Shown here in pieces: positions 20,774 to 31,512 of a stretch of DNA of 64,000 nucleotides. The DNA lies in the IMG/VR virus record IMGVR_UViG_3300033143_006101, positions 62,001 through 126,000 of that record; one strand, given 5' to 3'. Position 1 is the stretch's first letter; every line of letters begins with the position of its first letter. A program made the translations under genes and the position numbers. The notes below the pieces were generated by a model, which saw only the letters and a program-made list of their open reading frames with translations, had not been told where the DNA came from and made no database searches.

Positions 20774-21301
20774 TTAACCCTCCTGTAATACTTTTCTTAA
20801 ATACTTCTCACCCCGGCACATAAGCTGTATCACTTCTTTTGTAGTTTTAATATTCTCTTTACCCTTTATCTTTCTAATAAGGCTCCTCTTTCTTCTTAAT
20901 CCCCAAATGGCCGGTATAGTACAATGAAATACAAAAGCTAGTTCCCAATCATGATATTTATATGTACCATCTTTATTTTTTATATCCATTTTAAAAAACT
21001 TTATTGTTTCTGCTTCTGTCCAACCTCCTCCAAACCTTTCCCTCCTATCACCATATACACTGGTATAATCATGTGCATCTACTCTAATTTCATGTCTTTC
21101 TCTAAAATTTGCGTTCTTCTGTTGCTTCCAATGAGGATGCCTATTTTTAGCATATAATATATCTGTCATAGAATAGTTTGTTTTAGCCATCCATTTTCTA
21201 GTTACTATTCCTTTCTGACCAATAGTTAAAATACTATTCAGACATCTATCAATATACTGCATAGGTGTTTTTGAATTTAATATTTGTCTTTCAGTATACA
21301 T
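20774..21301 (-). CDS. Hypothetical basic protein (possible HTH)
   Basis: SD aggagg; WTEAE...D.ELAFVFHCTIPAIW.LRRK. Confidence 0.45.
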   Translation of the reverse strand: MYTERQILNSKTPMQYIDRCLNSILTIGQKGIVTRKWMAKTNYSMTDILYAKNRHPHWKQQKNANFRERHEIRVDAHDYTSVYGDRRERFGGGWTEAETIKFFKMDIKNKDGTYKYHDWELAFVFHCTIPAIWGLRRKRSLIRKIKGKENIKTTKEVIQLMCRGEKYLRKVLQEG

Positions 21302-22020
21302 ATTATACTCCTAATGATCACTAGCCCAACAGGGTATTACTATGCACCACATTAGTAATGTAAATAATAAATCTTCCATCTTAACCTTTCCCACATATAA
21401 TCCAATCCATCTTATATTCAATATTGTCCGGGCATTCTTTACATGCCTGGGATCCAACTCTTATACCATCACTTCTATATTTACAATCTTCTAAAGCTAC
21501 AAAATGAAAACCATCAGAAGTATCTACTTCATAATAAATTTTAATTGGCATTAATTACCTCTTAGACTACATAAGATATATTTGTCTCATGACTTTACAA
21601 AATAATTAGGTTTTGAAAACCTATCAGAAAAAATTATTTTCTTTTCTAATGTAAATTCAATATCAAATGCATCATCCCAGTATTTTGATAATTTTTCATC
21701 TATTAGTAAATATGCTATAATTGTTGCATACTCGCCGATTTCATTCTCACCTTCACCGCTACACCACCAGGGGTATTTTGGATTAAATATTAAAGGTCTA
21801 CAATCCTTCACAGCATATGTTTTGAATCTATATCTTTTCCATTTCATTCTTTCGCCATCCCATAATCCACACCTTTTGCATTGATATACAGATTGACTAC
21901 AATTATCGTTTCCCTTCGGGCATGGTCGTCCTCCCATAAAAACCATTACATGATTAGACTTTTTACATATAAATTTTTTAAGTATTTTCACTAATTTCTG
22001 CATACAAATACTTTGTCTTA

Positions 22021-22500
22021 TTATTTTTCTCCGTTTTCACTAGCAATAAGATGATTTAATTCTTGTTCTAATGTTGGTAATATCATTCTAATTTGTTTAC
22101 AACCTGTTTCACAAAATTCGAGTTTTTTAATCCAAATATCCCAATTATCCGAAAGAAGCTTAATAAAATCTTTATCACTCCCCCTTTCAGTATATAATTT
22201 TAAAAATCTCTCTTTTTGATCACGATCTGGATAAACCAAATAAAAGAAAATACAATTTTCTTTTAAAACATCCCTCACTTCCTTGTGTGTAGATACAAAA
22301 ATAAATTCATATTTTCCAATGTTTTCCTTAATGTGTTTTATATAATTATTAGGGAAATCAGGATCTCTGACTTTTTTCCCATCTGGTTTTCTTATCCAAC
22401 TAAACCAACTTGAATCAGAATCAAGTGTTGTTTTTGGATATTTTTTATGATAATAACTTTTTCCTATTCCAGGAAAACCTGATATAATTCTTGTTTTCAT
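22021..22500 (-). CDS. P-loop NTPase/kinase-like protein
   Basis: IISGFPGIGKS Walker A; LDSDS. Confidence 0.7.
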   Translation of the reverse strand: MKTRIISGFPGIGKSYYHKKYPKTTLDSDSSWFSWIRKPDGKKVRDPDFPNNYIKHIKENIGKYEFIFVSTHKEVRDVLKENCIFFYLVYPDRDQKERFLKLYTERGSDKDFIKLLSDNWDIWIKKLEFCETGCKQIRMILPTLEQELNHLIASENGEK

Positions 22501-23684
22501 TCTTTTGCCATCCTATTTATTAAATTCTTTATCCCTTTTACTAGGTTTATATACCATTATATCTTGACAACATGGGCAAACGAACACGTCTTTTTCTATT
22601 ACTTCCATGTATTCCCATTCTTTATTCATTCGTTTTACTGAATACAAAACCGACTTACAACTTTTATGTACACATTCAAATCTCATTTCCTTCTCCGTAA
22701 AGCATAATGAATACTTTGTATCATGGTTTAAACAAGTCTGGATATTCTCTGTAATCATGTTCGTGTATTTCTGTTTTAAAATCACATCCATCAAAACATT
22801 CACATTTCCACGCCACATATTCTTGATTGAGATATTTACATGTAATTTCATATTCAATTTCAGCTGGTGTTTGCATTGGAGTATTAACCCAGCCACATTC
22901 ACCATCTTCAGCTAAATAAGCATAATCACCTACTTTTATTTTTTTATTACTGCTCATTCTTTACCATTCCTATTTGTGGCTTATATGTTAGACACAAATA
23001 CATTTGTGTCTCATATTTTTTGGAATATGAGCCTCTAAATCCATTCTTGCATCATCCTATATTAACTCCCAAAAATGCTCATTGATAATATCAATATATT
23101 CTTGTGGTATATCTTTTTGATTTTCTACAAATTCATCAAATCTATTTTTAATATAATCAGTCAATACCTCATCGGCTGCAACCACTAGATCTTTACCATC
23201 CTGGAACTCATCTGTTACCTTTCCCGTCAGTTCATATTCTTCTGCTATGCCTACTATTTCTTTTGCCATATCTACTATCTTATCCGCAAATTTTGTAGCA
23301 TTTGCTATCACATCTACAAATCCAAGATGAGTAAGATAACAACCACAAAGCAATTCACCATCTTCTTTAATATATTTCATAAAATTATAAACTTGCTTTG
23401 GATCCTTTACTTTTAATTGTATGCTAAACTTATGCCCTTCTGGATACGCTTCTTCAAAATTAAACTCCCCCATTACTATTCTCTTTTTAAAGTTCTTCAC
23501 TATCCTCTTTTTTAAGATCACCATCTGCATCACACCACTTTGGTGGATACCCATGCTTTCTAATATTCATGTGTCGCCAAAATCTATTCCAACATTTAAA
23601 AATAAAAGTTAATATTAAACTGAATATTAAAAAGACCAACAAATGACCAGAATCCATTAAAAGCTGTTTCAAAGATAAGTTTTA

Positions 23685-24392
23685 TCATAATTGTTTTCCT
23701 AATTCTTCTACTTTTTCTTTTATGTTATCAGCTTTATAAATAGCACTTCCCACTATAGCATGCCATCTATCACCAGCAGCTTTACCAGCTTCAGTTATAT
23801 CACCACCTTGAGTAATGAGACCTGGGGAATAATAAGTAACTGGTCCAATACTTTCACTATTAGGCTCTTCTACTTCTATTACATTTTCTCTGTAATGTTT
23901 TATCCTATCGGGTTTATTTCCAGGTAATACAAAATCTGTTACACCCATAAGCATTGCGGTTTTATACATCTCATCTGGAGCGGTTTCTTTAATGTAAGAA
24001 AAAAATCCATCATGTGTCATTTCTCCACCAACAATAACATGAAGTCCATTACTCACACAGGCCCTAATCCATGATGTTTGAGTTTGTATACCAGCAAAAG
24101 GAAATAGTATAACAGCATCTACACCAGCATCTTTACAAACTTTTGCAAACTTTTCTCCCATAGCTGGAATATCATTGCCCGCTTTCTGGTGGTCGTATAT
24201 AATAGGTTTATTTGTAACTTTTCTAATAAATTCAGTAATAATTGCTAATCCATAAAACAAAGCAAGATTTAAACCTATTTTATACCCCCCAATTACTTCT
24301 AAACCACAAGTTGCTTTTACTATGTTTTCTAATTCTCCTAAAGTTGGTACATCACAAGCTACAATAATACTTTTGTTTCTTTTAATTAACAT
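23685..24392 (-). CDS. pyrF: Orotidine-5'-phosphate decarboxylase
   Basis: IIVACDV, GYKIG, YDHQKAGNDIP, GVDAVI, SPGLITQGG, AIVGSAIY. Confidence 0.85.
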   Translation of the reverse strand: MLIKRNKSIIVACDVPTLGELENIVKATCGLEVIGGYKIGLNLALFYGLAIITEFIRKVTNKPIIYDHQKAGNDIPAMGEKFAKVCKDAGVDAVILFPFAGIQTQTSWIRACVSNGLHVIVGGEMTHDGFFSYIKETAPDEMYKTAMLMGVTDFVLPGNKPDRIKHYRENVIEVEEPNSESIGPVTYYSPGLITQGGDITEAGKAAGDRWHAIVGSAIYKADNIKEKVEELGKQL

Positions 24393-24393
24393 T

Positions 24394-25158
24394 TTAATTC
24401 TCCTTTAATAATTTTTTTACAAATAATGGTCTGGTAAATAAAATGGAACCTAAAGCTATTTCTGTTACCCCCATTTCTTCTAATCTATGAACATCATCTA
24501 AACAAGTTATAGAAGAACCGGCTACACTAATCCCTTCTTTTTTTAATTCTTCTATATGACTAGCTATAAAATGCCAATTATATTTTTTAGCCCATTTACC
24601 TGATATAGCACCTATATTTATAAATCCTGTAGCTATTGAAGCTGGTACTGAATTAAGTGTTATTCTTTTTACTGATGTATTCCATTCTAATGTACTATTA
24701 GCTGCAAATAGATATGGATCCATCATCCAACTTAACTTTAAAGATAAAGGGAAAGGTGAATCTGGAATCCTTTTATTCTCGTGAGATATGATATTAGGAC
24801 AAGATAAATTAAGTTCTACCATAGGAAAATTAAAACCATATTTGTGCATAGTTGATATCATTGTTCTAAGTTCACTGTCATTTCCAGCTAAAGATGGAAT
24901 GAGTCTTTGTTTAATTTCTCTATCAAGTCCTAAATATTTCTGACACCACCAATGGAATCCATTATTGTGTAATCCTATTTTATTCCACATAGATTTTGCA
25001 AAAGGTATAGGAAAAAAATTATATGGTTTACCTCTTTTTGGTTTATAAGTAATTGTCTTAGCAACAAAAGGAAGTTCAGGAAAACCACTTATTAATTTAT
25101 GCCACCAGTAACCCTCTCCATAAAAACCCATTGTTGCTGAACTGTAAAAATATTTCAT
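24394..25158 (-). CDS. pyrD: Dihydroorotate dehydrogenase (class 1-like, compact)
   Basis: AKTIT, NKIGLHNNG, ELNLSCPN, LKLS, TLNS, GAISGK, IALGS; lies between pyrE and pyrF. Confidence 0.8.
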   Translation of the reverse strand: MKYFYSSATMGFYGEGYWWHKLISGFPELPFVAKTITYKPKRGKPYNFFPIPFAKSMWNKIGLHNNGFHWWCQKYLGLDREIKQRLIPSLAGNDSELRTMISTMHKYGFNFPMVELNLSCPNIISHENKRIPDSPFPLSLKLSWMMDPYLFAANSTLEWNTSVKRITLNSVPASIATGFINIGAISGKWAKKYNWHFIASHIEELKKEGISVAGSSITCLDDVHRLEEMGVTEIALGSILFTRPLFVKKLLKEN

Positions 25159-25172
25159 TTATTTCTCCTTAT

Positions 25173-25790
25173 TTAACAATTATATGTTGTAAAATAATCA
25201 GCAGTAAAGATACTTGTAACCATAGATGGATATTCACCATCTGGTTTTCCTTTAAGTAATGCATTTTCGATATTTAATTTACCATCGAATTCTTGTCTAT
25301 CAATAAGCACTATACAATGTATAGGTTCAAGACCGGCTTCTATCATTTTCTCTATCGCTGTAACTGTAGAACCACCTGTAGTGATAACATCTTCTACAAC
25401 TATAACCTTATCACCTTTTTCATAATTACCTTCTATCCATGCCTGTGTCCCATGACCTTTAGGTTTCTTACGAACTATAATGGGATTGAACCCTGTTTCT
25501 TTTACTACAGATAAAGCTAACGGATAAGCACCTGTTTCAATACCACCAATAGAATAATAATTTCCACCTACTACTATATTACCAGCTACTCTTTCTATAT
25601 ATTCTTTTTCAATAAACAAATCAAACAATACATTTCCTATACAACCATATCCTACAGGATCAAGCATAGTAGGTTTACAGTTAAAATATAATGGACTTTC
25701 TTTACCTGACTTTAATTTAAACGGTTCGTCAGGTCGATACAAAAAACTTTTCTCATAAAGTATTTTAAGTAACATGTCTTTACTATTCAT
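25173..25790 (-). CDS. pyrE: Orotate phosphoribosyltransferase
   Basis: FKLKSGKESPLYFNCK, VRKKPKGHGT, VIVVEDVITTGGS (PRPP loop), LIDRQE. Confidence 0.93.
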   Translation of the reverse strand: MNSKDMLLKILYEKSFLYRPDEPFKLKSGKESPLYFNCKPTMLDPVGYGCIGNVLFDLFIEKEYIERVAGNIVVGGNYYSIGGIETGAYPLALSVVKETGFNPIIVRKKPKGHGTQAWIEGNYEKGDKVIVVEDVITTGGSTVTAIEKMIEAGLEPIHCIVLIDRQEFDGKLNIENALLKGKPDGEYPSMVTSIFTADYFTTYNC

Positions 25791-26288
25791 TTTTAATCTC
25801 CTTAAATTTATTTATTATTTCCCCACTTCCTCTATCTCAAGAATCTCTTCTTCTTCACTTTCTTCTATATTACAATCACGATGTTTTCTTTTCTTCGCCA
25901 TAAGCACAGCTCCTCTACACATCCCAGTTATGGCTGAAAATGTTGACGTGGCTACAAATACCATCTCTTGAAGATCTGTGCCCTTGCCCATTTCTTCAAT
26001 TGCTTGATGACATATTTTATTAATCTCTGCTAAAACATCTTTCTTCATTTTATACCTCCTTTTTATTTTTATGTGCCTCATTCATTTGTTTTAAAAAATC
26101 CTGGACATCAACTAAACATCCAGCATTAAAAATAGTAACTGGTGCAGGAAAAAAACAATATTGTCTCCAAGCCGGATACCATTGTATAACACCTAACCTA
26201 TCATCACTTTTATTATTCCTACATTCCCAAGCTGTTGTCTTTGGTTTATTCTCGATTAATTCAAAATAAATATATTTATATTCTGTTT

Positions 26289-26762
26289 TCATATACCCTT
26301 CTGTGTTGGAATAATATGTGCTGGACCCCATTGCTTGTCTTTTGGTTTTTTAACTACTTTCTTTTTAATTAAGACCAATGCCTCTTCATCGAATAACTGT
26401 GCCTTTTCAATCTTAGTTTCACCCTTTTTAACCTTCTGTTGTACTGCTACTCTATTACAACCATATAACCAAAGAGTCCTTCCCGTAGCTATTCCTTTAT
26501 ATCCTGTTACTCTATCTTGCACTTCATCTCCTAATTCAACTATTGAAGGAATCGGATCCTGCCCAACTACCACATTCTTTTTCATAACTGTAAGTCGTGT
26601 TTCATCAATCCATTCAATATCAGATATTTCCCCTTTTTCATTAACTTTAGTTTGCACACCTATAGAAGTTTCATTCCATATCCAATCCAATTTGCCTACT
26701 GCAATACCTTTTAAACCTGTAATGTTATCTTTTACTTGATCTCCTAAATTAATTTTTTCCAT
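26289..26762 (-). CDS. Protein with two tandem SH3-like repeats
   Basis: LGD(Q/E)V(K/Q)D.(I/V)TG(L/Y)KGIA...VQ...(W/L)(I/F)DE occurs twice. Confidence 0.55.
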   Translation of the reverse strand: MEKINLGDQVKDNITGLKGIAVGKLDWIWNETSIGVQTKVNEKGEISDIEWIDETRLTVMKKNVVVGQDPIPSIVELGDEVQDRVTGYKGIATGRTLWLYGCNRVAVQQKVKKGETKIEKAQLFDEEALVLIKKKVVKKPKDKQWGPAHIIPTQKGI

Positions 26763-26783
26763 TATACTCTCCTTTATTCTAAT

Positions 26784-27113
26784 TTATTTGTTTATTTCTT
26801 CCTCCTCATCGTCATCTAACAACATATCCGTATCGTCATCTATTATAATAATTTCATCATCTTCATTGACTCCATCATACATATCAGTTAGCTTTTCTAA
26901 TTTAGGAGCAGGTATATTTACAAACATCTTTTTTATCATAGCTTGGTAAAACTTATCATGACCATTCAACCCATCTTGTATTGAAACAGCCACACCACCT
27001 AAAGATCTCCACCCATCTGTCATTCGTTTATTAACTATAAGTACTAAACCTGATAAGCTATCAGCTGTTAATACATCATATTCTACACGTTTCATATTAT
27101 CCTCCTTATCCAT
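26784..27113 (-). CDS. DUF1737-like protein with acidic tail
   Basis: YDVL....LV..VNKRM.DGWR.LGGVAVS....FYQAMIK. Confidence 0.65.
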   Translation of the reverse strand: MDKEDNMKRVEYDVLTADSLSGLVLIVNKRMTDGWRSLGGVAVSIQDGLNGHDKFYQAMIKKMFVNIPAPKLEKLTDMYDGVNEDDEIIIIDDDTDMLLDDDEEEEINK

Positions 27114-28274
27114 GTTCCTTTATATATCTTACTATTCTCCAGGCATATATATATATATATACCAAGTTAACCAAAATTCTGTAAGAGACATTATATGCCA
27201 TAATCCATTACAACAATGAAGTGAATACTCTAAAGGACAACCATCACAATAAGCACTCATACCTTGTAATTCTGTCGAATATTTTAGTGAATATTTTTGA
27301 CAATATACACAATGATCACCACCCCAGTCTTCTTCTATTGCATTAACCATGGTAGATCTATTTACTTGTCCGAAAAACCATCGCTTTCTAACAAAAACCA
27401 TCATCCTCTTATAGTGTTTAATAGTCTCCGCTTTCACTTCTTCTTGGGTTATTCCTGTTCCCACTTCTTTACCTTAGTCTCAGTAATAAATGCACTCACA
27501 AATGTATTAATAGCTAACTCCCGGATATCCTCAGTCCAAGGTACATCCTCTAACTCTACCCAATTAGAAACAAATCGTCTAGCAGATAATCTATCATAAT
27601 ACTGGACCACGTTCCACTTATGCCTTTTAGTTTTCCTTTCCTCAATTACATATCTATCAAGCCACAATATATTCCTGCTATACCAAAAAATATATATTTC
27701 CCGGGAAAGATCTTTTTCATTATAATAAACTCGAATATGATCCATTTAATACTCCTTTATATCATCCCAAGCACTAAGAAGAAAAGTGAGTTCTACTGTA
27801 CCTTCTATCTGCATGAGTAACCATGGATCAGCTGTCTCTTGTTTATTAGCAATATCTGATACAAAATATTCCCGCTTAAGATTTTTTAAAGGAAATTTAC
27901 CATATGTTATTTTTTCCTCAAATTTCTGTAAATGTTTCAGTACTTTGGTGGGTATCTCCTTGGTCCAGTCTTTCAGTAGTAGTATTTTTTTTAATACAAA
28001 AGTTTTATTATTAAGGATAACTTCAGTATTAGTATAATCACAACTATACATAATTTTTTGCTTGAGCAGGACTTGCAGTCTTCAAAAATTGAATCAACTT
28101 CTCATCACAATAAGTCTTTACAAAAGCTTGGAGAATATCTGCCGTCCCTTCCTGTTGATTCGTGAACAACAATAACTCATTCATGGGTATAGCTACCTCA
28201 CCTCCGGATCCAACCTCAGCACCAGTCTCACTAACTGTTCGCATTGTATTATCATCATCTAGTATATGCATATC

Positions 28275-28499
28275 TTACCTCCTAATTTTTGGGACTTTTC
28301 TTGGATTTTTTGGAATACAATTAATCGGCCTACCCCTATATTCCCTGAGAGTTAAAGTCAGTAAATCATCCTTTAACGTATAGTTATACATCCTGTAATT
28401 TACACAAGTAGTACCAGTTTCTTCCTTATTAATAGCCGATGAAGGATTGCAAGACACTATACAAATAAATAATATCCATAAAAATGTGGGTTTACGCAT
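28275..28499 (-). CDS. Small putative lipoprotein
   Basis: MRKPTFLWILFICIVS-C lipobox-like signal. Confidence 0.5.
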   Translation of the reverse strand: MRKPTFLWILFICIVSCNPSSAINKEETGTTCVNYRMYNYTLKDDLLTLTLREYRGRPINCIPKNPRKVPKIRR

Positions 28500-28535
28500 G
28501 TTCGCATCTCCAATATTTTGTATATTTATGTCCCC

Positions 28536-28564
28536 AATATAATCATACGCCTATTAGATGTCAA
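28536..28564 (-). promoter_or_regulatory. Sigma70-type promoter
   Basis: Minus strand TTGACA-17-TATATT, upstream of the 28499 gene. Confidence 0.65.
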
Positions 28565-28653
28565 TAGTTTTTTCACGAGACATAAAAAAAGAGAGTTTTT
28601 CAACTCTCTTCTATATATAAGTATGGATCCAAAGTTATTCATCTTCCATGATT

Positions 28654-28950
28654 TCACCTCCTCTTAGCCTCCAAGCAGTCTAATACCCACTGTAACCGAT
28701 TAACACTAATCTCCCCCTTAAACCACTCATCCCGGGGATACCGATTACACTTATCATAACCAAGCTTTAAGAGCTCAGCACGCACACTCTTCTCTACTTC
28801 CTTAGATACTACCTTAAATATACCAACCATAGAAACATAACTACTATGCGTCTTGTAATGCTTAATCCTGGCATGCGGGTCCTTGGAATAACCTACCTTA
28901 AACCTATCTCTATCTACTACTAAATATATATACATTTCTCGCTCAATCAT
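28654..28950 (-). CDS. GIY-YIG-like (T5orf172/MUG113) protein
   Basis: YIYLV...FKVGYSKDP..RI...E...EWF. Confidence 0.7.
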   Translation of the reverse strand: MIEREMYIYLVVDRDRFKVGYSKDPHARIKHYKTHSSYVSMVGIFKVVSKEVEKSVRAELLKLGYDKCNRYPRDEWFKGEISVNRLQWVLDCLEAKRR

Positions 28951-29175
28951 TAAAAACAATCCTTCCCATTCGTAACCCACTCAATATATTAAATCGGTCA
29001 AACCTGGTTAAACTTTTAGTAACTTTTGCCGATAACACTCCTAACATCCGATTTAAATCAATAGTACCACTATCTAATTTCCAAAATATCTCATCTGAAG
29101 CTAACTCAATCTCACGACCTACTAAGTTATCTACAGTCACACCCTTCAAATTAGCAAACGGTATAATCTTAGGCA

Positions 29176-29454
29176 TTACTCCACCTTAATCTTTAAATTC
29201 CAGTTCTCCTTCATCACCGTATATAATGTACAGGATAATGTGGAAATCTGTGTCTCTGTAAATTTTAAACCACAATCAATATTAATCGCATGTATTACCT
29301 CATGCAATATAGTTTCTTCCTTGATCTCCCTGGTAGTATCCTTTTCTATCCGTATAATATTATACCTTGTAAGTAACTCCCCAATAGTATGATCATCATC
29401 ATATAAATCCTTAACAAACTTAACCTTATACTTCTTGCCAAGTATATCTATCAT
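29176..29454 (-). CDS. HEXXH metallopeptidase-like protein
   Basis: ETILHEVIHAI. Confidence 0.65.
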   Translation of the reverse strand: MIDILGKKYKVKFVKDLYDDDHTIGELLTRYNIIRIEKDTTREIKEETILHEVIHAINIDCGLKFTETQISTLSCTLYTVMKENWNLKIKVE

Positions 29455-30553
29455 ACTCCTACTCTATAAATCCATCTTCAGGATCAGGCTTCGCACCCTT
29501 AAATATAGGCTTCCACCACTCACATGAATGCATGGGCTTAACATAACCTATACCACTATTCTTATCTACACATCTACTCTTAGCACTATAATATGAAGCA
29601 CACGTCTTACATTCCTTATCCTTCATATACATCCTCTCCTTATTAAAATTCAGCACATTGTACTCTATGTACAAGACCACGTAAACATGGTACCCACTCA
29701 TCTAACCCCGTGTCTTCTGTCCTATACATTAACTTATTATCTATACACTTCAACCTCTCGCTAGATACCTCATCACACTTGTAATTCTCTTGTGTCAATG
29801 GACGCTTAGCAGGTCTCTCCACCATCAATATCTGCAATATAATAAAACATATCAATAGTTTCAGTCTAATATCATACCTCCAATGCTCGCCTATTCCATA
29901 TACTTATATGTCTCCTACAAAAGTATCTTCCTTCATATAAGTCTTAGCTATCAATACTTGCAAATCAGTAACTGGTTTTCCATGATATATTAATGTACTA
30001 TCCTCTGTCTCTAATGTATCAACAACTTCATTATAATATTTATAAAAACGTGCGTTAGGATCTTCTTTATTTATTATCTCTATCGCTGCATCATAAGCTT
30101 CCCTTAGAGTAAGATAAGGCATCCTATCAAATTCCTTATCACCTTGAAGATTCGATATAATTACTTCATACCTTTCTCTTGACCCTCCAGCACTCCTAAT
30201 CAAACCATCTAAATTCTTAATTTTCTTAATATCCATACCACTTCTTCCAGTTATCAATAGATAAATAATATGAATTTTTTTCCATTCTTTAAGATTTTTT
30301 TCCAATAATAACCCAAAAAGCTACTAAATGTGCACTATAAAAGATAGAGACCAGGAGGCGAAATTCACCCCCTGAAATATACCAAGGAGAAGAACTATGA
30401 CCTATATCAAACAAAATAACAAAGGTAACTGGGAAACATGGGTTAATAACTACACACAAGTGACGAGATACCTACCTATATCATACATGTCTCGTCACTC
30501 ATTACGACATAACAGTCCAGTAGTACTATCCGCTGCGGGTTATGTAATTTTAT

Positions 30554-30610
30554 AAAAAATTATTAATTTTTTATAAAATTATTAATTTTTTATAAAATTA
30601 ATAATTTTTT
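30554..30610. repeat. Three tandem 19-bp units, each containing AAAATT-N3-AATTTT (operator-like)
   Basis: Units at 30554-30572, 30573-30591 and 30592-30610, ending 2 bp before the -35 hexamer. Confidence 0.75.
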
Positions 30611-30612
30611 AC

Positions 30613-30641
30613 TTGACGATCAGAATAAATTTGTATATACT
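30613..30641 (+). promoter_or_regulatory. Sigma70-type promoter of the RHH/RAMP island
   Basis: TTGACG-17-TATACT. Confidence 0.7.
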
Positions 30642-30672
30642 TATACATACAGGATAAAAAGGAAAATTACAA

Positions 30673-30834
30673 ATGAAAAAAAGATTTTATTATAATGTAG
30701 CTTGCCCCACAAAAAAAGAACGAGATAATTTAAGACAATCAGTTAAAATTCTGGCAGCAAGATTAGGGGTCAATATATGGCAAGCAATAAAAATTGCTGT
30801 AGAAACTTTTAAATATAAAAAGGAAGATAAATGA
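30673..30834 (+). CDS. Small ribbon-helix-helix-like regulator (53 aa, not in the ORF track)
   Basis: MKKRFYYNVACPTKKERDNLRQSVKILAARLGVNIWQAIKIAVETFKYKKEDK shows a strand-helix-G-helix pattern; ATGA overlap with the next gene. Confidence 0.5.
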   Translation: MKKRFYYNVACPTKKERDNLRQSVKILAARLGVNIWQAIKIAVETFKYKKEDK

Positions 30835-31475
30835 AAAATTCAAGGCAACTTAGAAAAGATTTTAAAAACGTAGGTATCCATATAAAACGATGGGAATTTA
30901 AAGAAGAAAGTACTTTTAAAAAGAGAGCAAAATCTAAAAAAATAAGTGAAAATAAATGTATTATTGAATTTTATAATTTACAAGCAGAAATACACTCAGA
31001 AACACCACGAGATATAGCTAAAGCTCTCATTAATAAATATGATAATGGTGATATTAATACTCTTCATAAATTATTAACTATGGATAAAAATAAAGGCCAT
31101 CTTACTAATTTAACAAGAGAAATATCACAAATAAATAGTGATATTGTAATGATTCCTGTATATCATATTAAATCTCCAGCAAAAGAAATAACATCTCTTA
31201 AAGTTAAACATTTAACCGTGAAACATAATACTACAAATATACAAACACATATTCCAGAGGAAATACCAAGAAATCAAAGTTTAGCAGATCTGATAATGCA
31301 ACCAGATATATTAGCATTACATTATATAAAATTTGCCAAAGGAATTATATCAAGATGTCAAAAAGGTTTAGAATTTAAAGCTATAGAATATGATGTAGAG
31401 AAAATTATTGATATATTACAAAAGATTATAAATACATATATGCCCCAAGTAGAAGAACTTAAAAATAAGCATTAA
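30831..31475 (+). CDS. Accessory protein of the RAMP-like locus (function unknown)
   Basis: 214 aa, translationally coupled to the RHH-like gene. TPRDI...LH.L..D..KG pattern recalls proteins I associate with neighbours of this phage RAMP-like family (unverified). Confidence 0.5.
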   Translation: MKNSRQLRKDFKNVGIHIKRWEFKEESTFKKRAKSKKISENKCIIEFYNLQAEIHSETPRDIAKALINKYDNGDINTLHKLLTMDKNKGHLTNLTREISQINSDIVMIPVYHIKSPAKEITSLKVKHLTVKHNTTNIQTHIPEEIPRNQSLADLIMQPDILALHYIKFAKGIISRCQKGLEFKAIEYDVEKIIDILQKIINTYMPQVEELKNKH

Positions 31476-31512
31476 GTTTAATTTTAAAATATTAGATAAA
31501 AGAGAGGACACC

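Noticed and set aside
27146-27160. (AT)n run
   Set aside because: Short low-complexity tract inside an ORF of an AT-rich genome; no further structure.
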